Origin: Desulfatibacillum sp.
GTDB lineage: Bacteria; Desulfobacterota; Desulfobacteria; Desulfobacterales; SpSt-501
Assembly: GCA_020725555.1 (NCBI GenBank)
Contig: DYEU01000026.1
Coordinates: forward strand, 115,693-179,692
Direction of reading: 5' to 3'
DNA: 64,000 nucleotides
Part shown: in pieces, positions 26,554 through 35,256 of the stretch
Position numbering within the stretch: the stretch's first letter is position 1
How the letters are laid out: each line of letters begins with the position of its first letter
Made by a program: the position numbers and the translations under genes
The notes under the pieces: model-generated
Databases searched by the model: none
Told to the model about the DNA's origin: nothing
What the model saw: the letters and a program-made list of their open reading frames with translations, nothing else

Positions 26554-28884
26554 ATGAAGGAGTCCCGGATCGAGGTTCTCGCCCGGATCAAGCCTTTCGG
26601 TGAGCTCCCCGGCCGGGAGCTCGGCGAGATCGCCGCTGCGCTCGCGCCGATGCGCTTTGCGGCCGGCACGCTCCTTGCGGTCCAGGGGCGCAGCACGCTC
26701 GACTACGTCTACATCGTCCGCTCGGGCCGCCTGGAGCTTTTTTTCGAAGAGCCCGGCAAGAAAACCCTCCGTGCGGAGCTCGCCCCCGGGGACATCTTCG
26801 GGGCGGTCTCCATCCTGTTCAACGGCGGGCTCGCCATCCGCAGCCTGCGCGCGCTCGAGGAGGCCGAGCTCTGGCTGATCCCCCGCCAGCGGTTTCTCGA
26901 CCTCTGCCGGCGCCACGCCCGGCTCACCGCCCATTTCGAGGGCGTGTTCAGCGAGCGGATGCAGAACGAGGAGTACGCGCGCAGCCTCGCCGGCTCTCTG
27001 CTCACGCAGTTTCTCGCGCGCATCCCCCCGTTTTCCTTTCTGCCGGAGGAGGAGCTCCGCCGTCTCGCCCCGCACCTCCGGCGGCTTTTCATCCCCCGGG
27101 GGACCCGGCTCTTCGTCCAGGGCGAATCGCGCGTCGACGGGCTCTACATCCTGCAGAGCGGCGCGGCCGAGCGCTTCTACGAGGAGCACGGCGAGCGCCG
27201 GCTGGTCAGCGTCATGGGGGAGGGGGAGATCTTCGGGGGGATCTCCCTGCTGGTGAACGACATGCTCGCCGTGCGCTCGCTGCGGACGATCGAGGATTGC
27301 CTTTTCTGCAAGCTCGATTGCGACGCCTTCTTCGACCTCTGCCGCCGCTACCCCCTCTTTAGCGAGTTCTTCACCGACGCCTTCGGCAAGCGCATGCTCG
27401 ACCGCACCTACGCGGCGATCATCGCCAAGGGCGAGGCGGTCGACACCGGGCCGGTCGCCTTCTTCGACCAGCCCGTCGCCGGGGTGTGCTCCCGGGAGCT
27501 CCTCGCCTGCGAGGCCGGCCTGTCGATCCGCGAGGCGGCCGAGCGCATGAGCGCCCGCCGCTGCAGCAGCATCTTCGTCCGTGACGAGGGGGGGCGGCCG
27601 TCCGGGATCGTCACCGACAGCGACATCCGCAGCCGGGCCGTGGCCGCCGGCCGCGACCCCGAGGAGCCGGTGGCGGCGATCATGAGCACGCCCCTCCGGA
27701 CGGTCCCCGAGAAGGCCTCCGTCTTCGAGGCCCTCATGGCGATGATGCAGCACGGGATCAAGCACCTCGCCGTGACCGGCGAGGAGGGGGGGGTCGTCGG
27801 CGTGGTCACCCAGCAGGACATTCTCGGCCGCCAGGGGATCTCCCCCTGGCGGCTGCTCCGGGACGTGGCCGGCGAGTCGCGGCCGGAGGTCTTCAAGACC
27901 CTCGGCCTCCGGCTGCCGCGGATCCTCCAGGGGTTCATCCGCTCGGGCACGACGGCCGACCAGATCAACCGCTTCATCACCGCCTTCACGGACGCCGTGC
28001 TCGAGCGGCTCTGCCGCGCGGCGCTGGCCGACCTGGGGCCCCCGCCCGGGCCCTTCGCCTTTTTGCTCCTCGGCAGCGAGGGCCGCCGGGAACAGACCCT
28101 CTGCACGGACCAGGACAACGCGATCCTCTACGAGGACCCGCCGCCGGGGCGGGAGGAGGCGGTGCAGGCGTGGTATCTGCGCTTCGGCGAACGCGTGTGC
28201 GCGGATCTCGACCGGGCGGGGTTCCGGCGCTGCCGGGCCGAGGTCATGGCGAGCAACCCGAAGCTGTGCCGGCCGTTTTCGGTGTGGCTGCGCCGGTTTC
28301 AGGACTGGATCCACGCCGCCGAGGCCGAGGACCTGCTCTACGCCAGCATCTTCTTCGATTTCCGGCTCGGCTTCGGCGACCCGGGGCTCGTCGAGCGGCT
28401 GCGGGCCTCCCTCAGCCGGGAGATCGCCGGCTGGACGGGGTTTTTGCGCCACCTCGCGCTGAACGCGCTCCACACCCGGCCGCCGATCGGGATCTTCCGC
28501 AACTTCATTCTCGAGTCGAAGGGCGAGCACCGCCGCAAGCTCGACATCAAGCGCGCCATGCTGCCGATCGTGGACGCCGCCCGGATCTACGCCCTGAAGC
28601 ACGCCGTCGCCGAAACCAACACGCTCGCCCGGCTGCGGCAATGGCAGGCGTTGCCGGGAGCGGCGGCGCGGGAGATCCAGGAGATCGAGCAGGGCTACCG
28701 CTTTCTCATGCAGCTGCGGCTCGCCCACCAGGCCGAGCAGATGACGCACCCCGGCCAGGCGGCGGACAACCACATCGACCCGCGGACCCTCTCCGGGATG
28801 GAACAGCGCCTGCTGAAGGAGGTCTTCCTGCGGATCGCCGGTCTGCAGACCCGCCTGAGCCTCGAATGGACGGGGGAGCCCTGA
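26554..28884 (+). CDS. 2x cNMP-binding + CBS pair + DUF294 nucleotidyltransferase + DUF294_C protein
   Basis: 776 aa. Two cyclic-nucleotide-binding-like beta-barrels (GDIFGAVSILFNGGLAIRSLRA; GEIFGGISLLVNDMLAVRSLRT). CBS pair (SSIFVRDEGGRPSGIVTDSDI; KHLAVTGEEGGVVGVVTQQDIL). NTase core FAFLLLGSEGRREQTLCTDQDNAILYED. C-terminal helical domain with IKRAMLPIVDAARIYAL. Confidence 0.9.
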   Translation: MKESRIEVLARIKPFGELPGRELGEIAAALAPMRFAAGTLLAVQGRSTLDYVYIVRSGRLELFFEEPGKKTLRAELAPGDIFGAVSILFNGGLAIRSLRALEEAELWLIPRQRFLDLCRRHARLTAHFEGVFSERMQNEEYARSLAGSLLTQFLARIPPFSFLPEEELRRLAPHLRRLFIPRGTRLFVQGESRVDGLYILQSGAAERFYEEHGERRLVSVMGEGEIFGGISLLVNDMLAVRSLRTIEDCLFCKLDCDAFFDLCRRYPLFSEFFTDAFGKRMLDRTYAAIIAKGEAVDTGPVAFFDQPVAGVCSRELLACEAGLSIREAAERMSARRCSSIFVRDEGGRPSGIVTDSDIRSRAVAAGRDPEEPVAAIMSTPLRTVPEKASVFEALMAMMQHGIKHLAVTGEEGGVVGVVTQQDILGRQGISPWRLLRDVAGESRPEVFKTLGLRLPRILQGFIRSGTTADQINRFITAFTDAVLERLCRAALADLGPPPGPFAFLLLGSEGRREQTLCTDQDNAILYEDPPPGREEAVQAWYLRFGERVCADLDRAGFRRCRAEVMASNPKLCRPFSVWLRRFQDWIHAAEAEDLLYASIFFDFRLGFGDPGLVERLRASLSREIAGWTGFLRHLALNALHTRPPIGIFRNFILESKGEHRRKLDIKRAMLPIVDAARIYALKHAVAETNTLARLRQWQALPGAAAREIQEIEQGYRFLMQLRLAHQAEQMTHPGQAADNHIDPRTLSGMEQRLLKEVFLRIAGLQTRLSLEWTGEP

Positions 28885-28901
28885 GGGGCTTGCGGCGCGC
28901 C

Positions 28902-29060
28902 TCAGACGGGCTCGGCCTCCCCGCGGGAGGAGGCTCCACCCGCCTCGCTCTCCGGCCGCGGGGATCCCTCGCGATAGATGACGCAGGCCAGCATCACGGC
29001 CAGGGCGAGGCCGAAGACGCCGAAGAGGATGGCCACGCCGATGCTCAAGGTCGTCTCCAT
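28902..29060 (-). CDS. 52-aa single-helix membrane protein (hypothetical)
   Basis: Track ORF 28902..29177 trimmed to ATG comp(29058-29060) behind GGAGGAA. METTLSIGVAILFGVFGLALAVMLACVIYREGSPRPESEAGGASSRGEAEPV. Confidence 0.45.
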   Translation of the reverse strand: METTLSIGVAILFGVFGLALAVMLACVIYREGSPRPESEAGGASSRGEAEPV

Positions 29061-29189
29061 GGGGTTCCTCCGGTGGGGGGGTCGCCTGGCAGAATCCGGC
29101 CCGGGGCGGCGCGGCGAAGGCGCAAAGGGGTTTTCCCATCGGGGCGGCGGGCGGCCCGGGCAACGCCCGCATCTCATGGGAGTTAACGA

Positions 29190-29255
29190 TAACTAACAAA
29201 AGGCGGGGCCGAAGTCAAGCGCGGGGGGGGGGGCGAACGTCCCGGCCTTGCCGCC
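29190..29255 (-). terminator. Terminator-like interrupted stem with large loop (contains a G11/C11 homopolymer) downstream of tetR
   Basis: Minus strand: GGCGGCAAGGCCG ... CGGCCCCGCC followed by TTTTGTTAGTT. Plus-strand arms are at 29202-29211 and 29243-29255. G11 run at 29223-29233 lies in the loop. Confidence 0.3.
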
Positions 29256-29266
29256 GGGGGAGGGGC

Positions 29267-29884
29267 TCAGGGGAGGTCTTCGGGGGGGGCGGGGGCGATC
29301 GCGCGGCGGCAGATCTCCCAGAGGGGGCGGTAGCCCGCGGAGAGGTTGAAGCGGTAGTCGTCGAGGGCCCAGAGGGTCACCAGGCCCTGGATCATGCTGA
29401 AGAGCAGGAGCGCCACCGCCTGCGGGTCGGTCCCTTCGCGGATCTCGCCGCGGGCTGCGCCGTCGGCGACCAGGCGGCCCAGGCGCTCGAGGTAGACCGC
29501 GAGTTTGTCGTGGACCTCGCGGTTGAGGCGGCGGTCCCCGAAGCTCAGGATCTCGGCGATCACGAGAAAGGCCATGCCGCGGCGCTGCTCGATCTCGGAG
29601 AGGTGATCCTCCTGGATCCGGCCGATCCGCTCGAGGGTGCCCCCCGGCCCGGAGGAGACACGCTCGACCTCGGCGACCAGGGTGTCGAGGATATCGTCGA
29701 CGAGGAAGAGCAGCACCTCGCGTTTGCTGCGGAAGTGGCGGTAGATGGCGGCCTCGGTCAGCCCCACCTCGCGTGCCATGGCCCGCACCGTGAGGTGCTC
29801 GCTTCCCTTGCGGATGATCAGCTTGCGGGCGGCGTCGAGAATCTCCCGCTTGCGGACGGCGCTGCTGCGGCGGTGCTGGCTCAT
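29267..29884 (-). CDS. TetR/AcrR family transcriptional regulator
   Basis: Only the last 205 codons of the artefactual 998-aa track ORF 29267..32263. ATG comp(29882-29884). HTH LTVRAMAREVGLTEAAIYRHFRSKREVL. Confidence 0.9.
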   Translation of the reverse strand: MSQHRRSSAVRKREILDAARKLIIRKGSEHLTVRAMAREVGLTEAAIYRHFRSKREVLLFLVDDILDTLVAEVERVSSGPGGTLERIGRIQEDHLSEIEQRRGMAFLVIAEILSFGDRRLNREVHDKLAVYLERLGRLVADGAARGEIREGTDPQAVALLLFSMIQGLVTLWALDDYRFNLSAGYRPLWEICRRAIAPAPPEDLP

Positions 29885-30115
29885 GGCGGCGGCTCCCGGG
29901 GAGTGGGCCCCGCGAGGCTGCGGGGGGCTTGCGGGGTACGGCCCCGGCTTGTAGACCGGGCGGGGCGAAAAGTCCACCCCGCGGGCCGGAGCGGGTTTCC
30001 GTCCTTGACTCGGCCGTTCGAGATGGCATAGAGCAGCACGGCAGGGAGCGGCGCCTGGGCAGCCGACCGGCCCCGTGGAGGGGCGATGCGAGCGCCGCCC
30101 GTTGGAGGAGGGGTC

Positions 30116-31492
30116 ATGGAACGACGCAAGGTCCTGTTGCGCGAAGAGGAGATGCCGCGGCGGTGGTACAACATCCTGGCCGACATCCGGCTCAACCCGC
30201 CGCTCGGACCCGACGGCAAGCCGGTCCGTCCCGAGATGCTCGCCCCGGTCTTCCCGATGAACCTGATCGAGCAGGAAATGAGCCCGGAGCGCTGGGTCGA
30301 CATCCCCGACGAGGTCCTCTCCATCTACGCCCTCTGGCGGCCGACCCCCCTCGTGCGCGCCGTGGGGCTCGAGCGGGCCCTGGGCACCCCCGCCCGGATC
30401 TACTACAAGTTCGAGGGCGCAAGCCCTCCCGGCAGCCACAAGCCGAACACGGCGGTGCCGCAGGCCTACTACAACAAGGTCTTCGGCATCCGTCGCCTGA
30501 CCACCGAGACCGGCGCCGGCCAGTGGGGCAGCGCCCTCGCCTTCGCCTGTGCCCAGTTCGGCCTCGAGTGCAAGGTCTTCATGGTGCGCGTGAGCTACGA
30601 CCAGAAGCCCTACCGCAAGACGATGATGCAGACCTGGGGCGCCCAGTGCGTCCCGAGCCCCAGCCCGGAGACGCGCGCGGGCCGGGAGATCCTCGCCCGC
30701 GACCCGCACTCGCCGGGCAGCCTGGGGATCGCGATCAGCGAAGCCGTCGAGGCCGCCGTGAGCGACGCCTCCGGGAAAACCCGCTACTCGCTGGGGAGCG
30801 TGCTCAACCACGTCATGCTGCACCAGACGGTGATCGGCCTGGAGGCGAAGGCGCAGCTCGCCAAGATCGGCGAGTTTCCCGACGTGGTCGTCGGCTGCGC
30901 CGGCGGGGGAAGCAACTTCGCCGGCCTGGCCTTCCCCTTCGTCTACGACAAGATCCACGGCCGCGCGATCGACATCCACCCCGTCGAGCCCGCCGCCTGC
31001 CCCACGCTCACGCGCGGGCCCTTCGCCTACGACCACGGCGACACGGCGGGCTACACCCCGCTTCTGCCCATGCACAGCCTGGGGCACACCTTCATGCCGC
31101 CGCCCATGCACGCGGGCGGCCTGCGCTACCACGGCATGGCGCCCACGGTGAGCCAGCTCGCGGTAGAGGGCCTGATCGAGCCCAAGGCCTACGGCCAGGT
31201 GGAGACCTTCGAGGCGGGCATGCTCGCCGCCCGAAACGAGGGCGTCATCCCCGCCCCGGAGACGAACCACGCCCTCGCCTGCGTCGTGGACCTCGCGCGG
31301 CGGGCGAAGGAGGAAGGCAAGGAAAAGGTCATTCTGTTCAACTGGAGCGGCCACGGGCTGATCGATCTGGCCTCCTACGAGAAATACCTGACGGGGGAGC
31401 TCCATGACATCGCCTACCCGGCGGAGGACATCGAGGAGGCGGAGAAGATCCTGGAGCGCTACCCCAAGCCGCAGATCCTGAAGAGCCGCTGA
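30116..31492 (+). CDS. TrpB-like PLP enzyme (tryptophan synthase beta-2 / TrpB2 family)
   Basis: ATG 30116 behind GGAGGAGGGG. PLP-lysine context [57 protein letters not shown]. About 458 aa with the N-terminal extension typical of TrpB2. Confidence 0.9.
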   Translation: MERRKVLLREEEMPRRWYNILADIRLNPPLGPDGKPVRPEMLAPVFPMNLIEQEMSPERWVDIPDEVLSIYALWRPTPLVRAVGLERALGTPARIYYKFEGASPPGSHKPNTAVPQAYYNKVFGIRRLTTETGAGQWGSALAFACAQFGLECKVFMVRVSYDQKPYRKTMMQTWGAQCVPSPSPETRAGREILARDPHSPGSLGIAISEAVEAAVSDASGKTRYSLGSVLNHVMLHQTVIGLEAKAQLAKIGEFPDVVVGCAGGGSNFAGLAFPFVYDKIHGRAIDIHPVEPAACPTLTRGPFAYDHGDTAGYTPLLPMHSLGHTFMPPPMHAGGLRYHGMAPTVSQLAVEGLIEPKAYGQVETFEAGMLAARNEGVIPAPETNHALACVVDLARRAKEEGKEKVILFNWSGHGLIDLASYEKYLTGELHDIAYPAEDIEEAEKILERYPKPQILKSR

Positions 31493-31530
31493 GCGGCAGG
31501 CCGGGGAAAGGACGCCGGGGGGAGCCGCCG

Positions 31531-31818
31531 ATGGGCACGGCCGCAAAACCGCTGGTCCGCACCTGCCCGCGGCTGGGGCACATCGTGCGCTTCCGCTACT
31601 GCCTCGAGGGCGACCCCGGCCGGCCCTGCTTCCGGATCCGGGACTGCTGGTGGGAGACCTTCGATATCGACGCCTACCTGCGGGATCACTTGCCGCCCGA
31701 GCAATGGGCCGGGCTGCTGCAGGCGAAGCCGCCGGGCCGGCTCGCCGCCCTGATCGCCGCGGCGGACGCCGCCCGGAAGCCCCCGGGGGCCGAGGGCGGC
31801 GGGAACGCCGGCCCCTGA
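31531..31818 (+). CDS. 95-aa Cys/His/Trp-rich small protein, unknown function
   Basis: MGTAAKPLVRTCPRLGHIVRFRYCLEGDPGRPCFRIRDCWWETFDIDAYLRDHLPPEQW... GC3-rich codons. GGGGGGAG 6 nt upstream. 38 nt after trpB2. Confidence 0.5.
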   Translation: MGTAAKPLVRTCPRLGHIVRFRYCLEGDPGRPCFRIRDCWWETFDIDAYLRDHLPPEQWAGLLQAKPPGRLAALIAAADAARKPPGAEGGGNAGP

Positions 31819-31892
31819 GCGCGCCGGCGGGAATCGGGATGCCAGGGCCGGCCGGGGCGACCCGGCCGGGCCTTTTGGAGGAGGAATTCACG

Positions 31893-33470
31893 ATGAAGGT
31901 GCTGGTCAGCGACAAACTGGAAGAGGTGGGGCTTGCGATCCTGCGTCGCGAGCCCGGGATCGAGCTCGACGTGCGGCCCGGGCTCAAGCCCGAGGAGCTC
32001 AAGGCGGCCATCGCGGATTGCGATGCGCTCGTCATCCGCAGCGCGACCAAGGTCACCGAGGAGCTGCTCCAGGCCGCCGGCCGCCTCAAGGTGGTCGGCC
32101 GCGCGGGGATCGGCCTGGACAACGTCGACATCGCGGCCGCCACCAAGCGCGGCATCGTGGTCATGAACACGCCGGCGGGGAACGTGACCACCACCGCCGA
32201 GCACGCGATCGCCATGATGATGGCGCTCGCGCGCAACATCCCGCGCGCCGACGCCTCGCTCAAGGCCGGCCGCTGGGAGAAAAACGCCTTTCAGGGCCGC
32301 GAGCTCTTCAACAAGGTGCTGGGCGTCATCGGCTTCGGCAAGATCGGCTCCATCGTGGCCGACCGCGGCCGCGGCCTGAAGATGCAGGTCCTCGTCCACG
32401 ACCCCTACGTCACGGCCGAGGCGATCGAGAAGGCGGGCTTCGAGCCGGTCGCCCTGGAGGAGCTCTACCGGCGGGCCGACTTCATCACCGTGCACGTGCC
32501 CAAGCTCAAGGACACCGTGGGCATGATCAACCGCGAGTCCTTCGCCCGGATGAAGGACGGCGTGATGGTGGTGAACTGCGCCCGCGGCGGGATCATTCAC
32601 GAGGCCGACCTCCTTGAGGCGCTGCGCTCGGGCAAGGTGGCCGGCGCGGCGCTCGACGTCTTCGAAAAAGAGCCCCCGGGGGACAACCCGCTGCTCGCCC
32701 TGCCCCAGGTGGTCTGCACGCCCCACCTCGGCGCCGCGACGGTCGAGGCCCAGACCAACGTGGCCGTCCAGGTCTGCGAGCAGATCCTCGCCTTCCTCAA
32801 GACCGGCACGATCATCAACGCCGTGAACGTGCCCGCGGTGAGCGGCGAGCTGCTCAGCCGCATCGGGCCCTACCTCAGCCTGGGCGAGCATCTCGGATGC
32901 CTCCTCGCCCAGCTCTGCCGCGGGCCCGCGCGCGAGATCGCCATCGACTACGCGGGCGAGTTTCCCGAGGCCGACCTCTCGCCGGTGACCACGGCCGTCC
33001 TCAAGGGGTTCCTCACCCCCATGGTCCAGGACACGGTGAACTTCGTGAACGCCAAGGTCATGGCCGGCGAGCGGGGGATCAAGGTGACCGAGGCGCGCTC
33101 CTCCTCCGAGGAATACATCAACCTGATCACCGTCAGGGCCCACGTGGGCCCCGAGGTGCACAGCGTTGCGGGCACGATCTTCGGCCGCAAGTACCCCCGG
33201 GTGGTGAAGATCGAGAACTTCCGCCTGGAGCTCCCACCCGCCGGCCGCTTCGTCCTCATCCACAACCACGACAAGCCCGGCGCGATCGGGAGCATCGGGA
33301 CGCTGCTCGGCAGCCACCGCATCAACATCAGCCAGATGCGCGTCGGCCAGCAGGAGGACGGCGACAAGACGATGATCTACTTCCGCACCGACCAGCCGAT
33401 CCCCGAGCCGGTGATGGAAGAACTGCGGCGCCTGCCGCTCATCATCGACGTCCGCTCCTTCGAGCTGTAG
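31893..33470 (+). CDS. serA: D-3-phosphoglycerate dehydrogenase (long form with ACT domain)
   Basis: ATG 31893 behind GGAGGAGG. MKVLVSDKL..., NAD fold GVIGFGKIGSIVA, catalytic region CTPHLGA, C-terminal ACT LIHNHDKPGAIGSIGTLLGSHRINISQMRVG. Confidence 0.95.
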   Translation: MKVLVSDKLEEVGLAILRREPGIELDVRPGLKPEELKAAIADCDALVIRSATKVTEELLQAAGRLKVVGRAGIGLDNVDIAAATKRGIVVMNTPAGNVTTTAEHAIAMMMALARNIPRADASLKAGRWEKNAFQGRELFNKVLGVIGFGKIGSIVADRGRGLKMQVLVHDPYVTAEAIEKAGFEPVALEELYRRADFITVHVPKLKDTVGMINRESFARMKDGVMVVNCARGGIIHEADLLEALRSGKVAGAALDVFEKEPPGDNPLLALPQVVCTPHLGAATVEAQTNVAVQVCEQILAFLKTGTIINAVNVPAVSGELLSRIGPYLSLGEHLGCLLAQLCRGPAREIAIDYAGEFPEADLSPVTTAVLKGFLTPMVQDTVNFVNAKVMAGERGIKVTEARSSSEEYINLITVRAHVGPEVHSVAGTIFGRKYPRVVKIENFRLELPPAGRFVLIHNHDKPGAIGSIGTLLGSHRINISQMRVGQQEDGDKTMIYFRTDQPIPEPVMEELRRLPLIIDVRSFEL

Positions 33471-33506
33471 CGCCGCGGCAGGAGGCCAAGGCCGGAGGCG
33501 CACGCC

Positions 33507-34229
33507 GTGACCGGGATGACCGAGGAGCTCGCCCCCTATCTCAGGCCGACCGCGATCCTTGACGCCGACCACCCGCGCGTTCTCGCCTTTGCGCGGGAGA
33601 AGGCGGCCGGCGCGCCCGATGCGGTGTCGGCCGCCGTGCGCCTCTACTACGCCGTGCGCGACGGGATCTGGTACGACCCCTATCTCCCCTTCTACCGGCC
33701 CGAGCACTACCGGGCCAGCGGTGTGCTCGCCGCGGGGCGCGCCTTCTGCATCGGCAAGGCGGGGTTGCTCTGCGCCCTGGCGCGGGCGGTCGGGATCCCC
33801 TCGCGGGTCGGCTTCGCCGACGTGCGCAACCACCTCGCCACCCGGCAGCTGATCGCCTTTCTGGGCTCCGATGTCTTCGTCTACCACGGCTTCACCGAGT
33901 TTTTCCTCGAGGGCCGCTGGGTGAAGGCGACTCCCGCCTTCAACGCCGAGCTCTGCCGCCGCCACGGGGTCGCGCCGCTTGAGTTCAACGGCCGGGAAGA
34001 CTCGCTCTTCCAGCCCTTCAACGAGGAAAAGCGCCGCTTCATGGAATATCTACGCGAACACGGAAGCTTCGCCGACATCCCCGTCGCGGCGATCGTCGCG
34101 GCCATGCGGCGGGTTTACGGCGAAGAGCGGGTCGAAGGCTGGATCCGCGCCTACGAGGCCGCGGGCGGCCGCTCGATCCGGCGCTTCGAGTCCGAGGAGG
34201 TCATCCGGGGGGAGGAGGGGGCCGGGTGA
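33507..34229 (+). CDS. Transglutaminase-like superfamily protein
   Basis: 240 aa. FCIGKAGLLCALARAVGIPSRVGF (Cys core) and VYHGFTEFFLEGRWV (His). Confidence 0.78.
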   Translation: MTGMTEELAPYLRPTAILDADHPRVLAFAREKAAGAPDAVSAAVRLYYAVRDGIWYDPYLPFYRPEHYRASGVLAAGRAFCIGKAGLLCALARAVGIPSRVGFADVRNHLATRQLIAFLGSDVFVYHGFTEFFLEGRWVKATPAFNAELCRRHGVAPLEFNGREDSLFQPFNEEKRRFMEYLREHGSFADIPVAAIVAAMRRVYGEERVEGWIRAYEAAGGRSIRRFESEEVIRGEEGAG

Positions 34230-34238
34230 GGCGGCCGC

Positions 34239-34676
34239 TCAGGAGAGGACCTTGCGCAGGTTGATGAAGTTGCTGCGGTCGAAGCCGAGCGTCTTGAAGA
34301 AGGAAAGCAGGTCCGTCGAGTCCCAGCGCACCGAGGTGTAGACGGTGTCGATCCCCCGGCCGCGGTAGTGGTCGAAGACCGCCGCGGCGAGCGCGGCCCC
34401 GATGCCGCCGCCCATCTGGTCCGGGCTCACGCCGAGCATCGAGATCCAGGCGCTCTTGGTCAGCCCGAAGCCGGCGGTGAGGATCGTGCTGATCATGAAG
34501 CCCACGACCCGGCCCTCCCGCTCGGCCACGAAGCAGGCGCCGTCGCGGCGCCGGGCATGGTCCTCGATCACCTCGCGCAGCTCCTCGCCCGCGGGCTTGC
34601 GGATGATGGCGGCGTAGATGCGCACGATCTCGGGGGCGTCGGCCACCTCGAGGGGACGAATCCGCACGTTTTCCAT
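34239..34676 (-). CDS. GNAT family N-acetyltransferase
   Basis: 145 aa. Acetyl-CoA loop SPDQMGGGIGAALAAAVFDHY. Typical GNAT length. Confidence 0.85.
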   Translation of the reverse strand: MENVRIRPLEVADAPEIVRIYAAIIRKPAGEELREVIEDHARRRDGACFVAEREGRVVGFMISTILTAGFGLTKSAWISMLGVSPDQMGGGIGAALAAAVFDHYRGRGIDTVYTSVRWDSTDLLSFFKTLGFDRSNFINLRKVLS

Positions 34677-34707
34677 CGTTTGTTTGTGCCTGCCGGAGAT
34701 CCGCGAC

Positions 34708-34926
34708 TCAGTCGATGCGGATGATTTTCACCCGGTGGCCGACCCAGTCGGGCGGGAGATAGACGCGGCCGCTGTTGCCGCTCGCCTTGACCCGCTTTTC
34801 GATCATCTCTTCGCCGAAAATCTCGAACTTGACCCGGCTTGAAGAGCCGCCCGCAGTCGGCTCAGGCGCCTCCGGCGGATCAGTGGGCGATTCCCGTTCC
34901 AGCTTTTTTTCCTCGGTTGCGGCCAT
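34708..34926 (-). CDS. AbrB/SpoVT-like small protein (DUF2080, transposon-associated family, from memory)
   Basis: 72 aa. C-terminal FEIFGEEMIEKRVKASGNSGRVYLPPDWVGHRVKIIRID matches the GNS.RV.LPK.W.GK.V swapped-hairpin pattern. Acidic/Pro-rich N-tail. 31 nt upstream of the GNAT gene. Confidence 0.6.
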   Translation of the reverse strand: MAATEEKKLERESPTDPPEAPEPTAGGSSSRVKFEIFGEEMIEKRVKASGNSGRVYLPPDWVGHRVKIIRID

Positions 34927-34978
34927 CGGGCTTTCCCCGAAGGGTGGGGTCCTCCCGGGTGAAACACCCGGAAGCTAC

Positions 34979-35006
34979 ACTACAGCTATTCCGAAGCTAT
35001 CGTCAA
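34979..35006 (-). promoter_or_regulatory. Sigma70-type promoter candidate for the DUF2080-GNAT pair
   Basis: Minus strand: TTGACG (comp 35001-35006), 16 nt, TGTAGT (comp 34979-34984). 5' UTR hairpin ccgggtg-ttt-cacccgg follows. Confidence 0.3.
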
Positions 35007-35256
35007 GCCGAATCCTTCGCGATGCCGACGGCCCTCCCTCGCCCCCGGGGGGACGCCCCGCCCCCCGTGATGCCCGGGAATGAAGCGCCTCCCCCTAACC
35101 CGGCCGGCGAGATGAAGAAGCCGTCGCGCCAATCAATCCCGCGCAACCGGGCAACGTCGATGTCGTCTTCGTCGAGGATGGAAATCGCGGCGGCCGAACG
35201 GGTGATCCCCGCTGCCGATGCCGTGGACACCGCCGGTGGCGACGAGGATCCCAAGG

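Noticed and set aside
29267-32263. 998-aa minus-strand ORF, and the 1100-aa ORF at 38011..41313.
   Set aside because: Only the 3' ends are real (TetR, 205 aa; TrpRS, 329 aa). The upstream parts run antisense through trpB2/serA or out of frame through cca.
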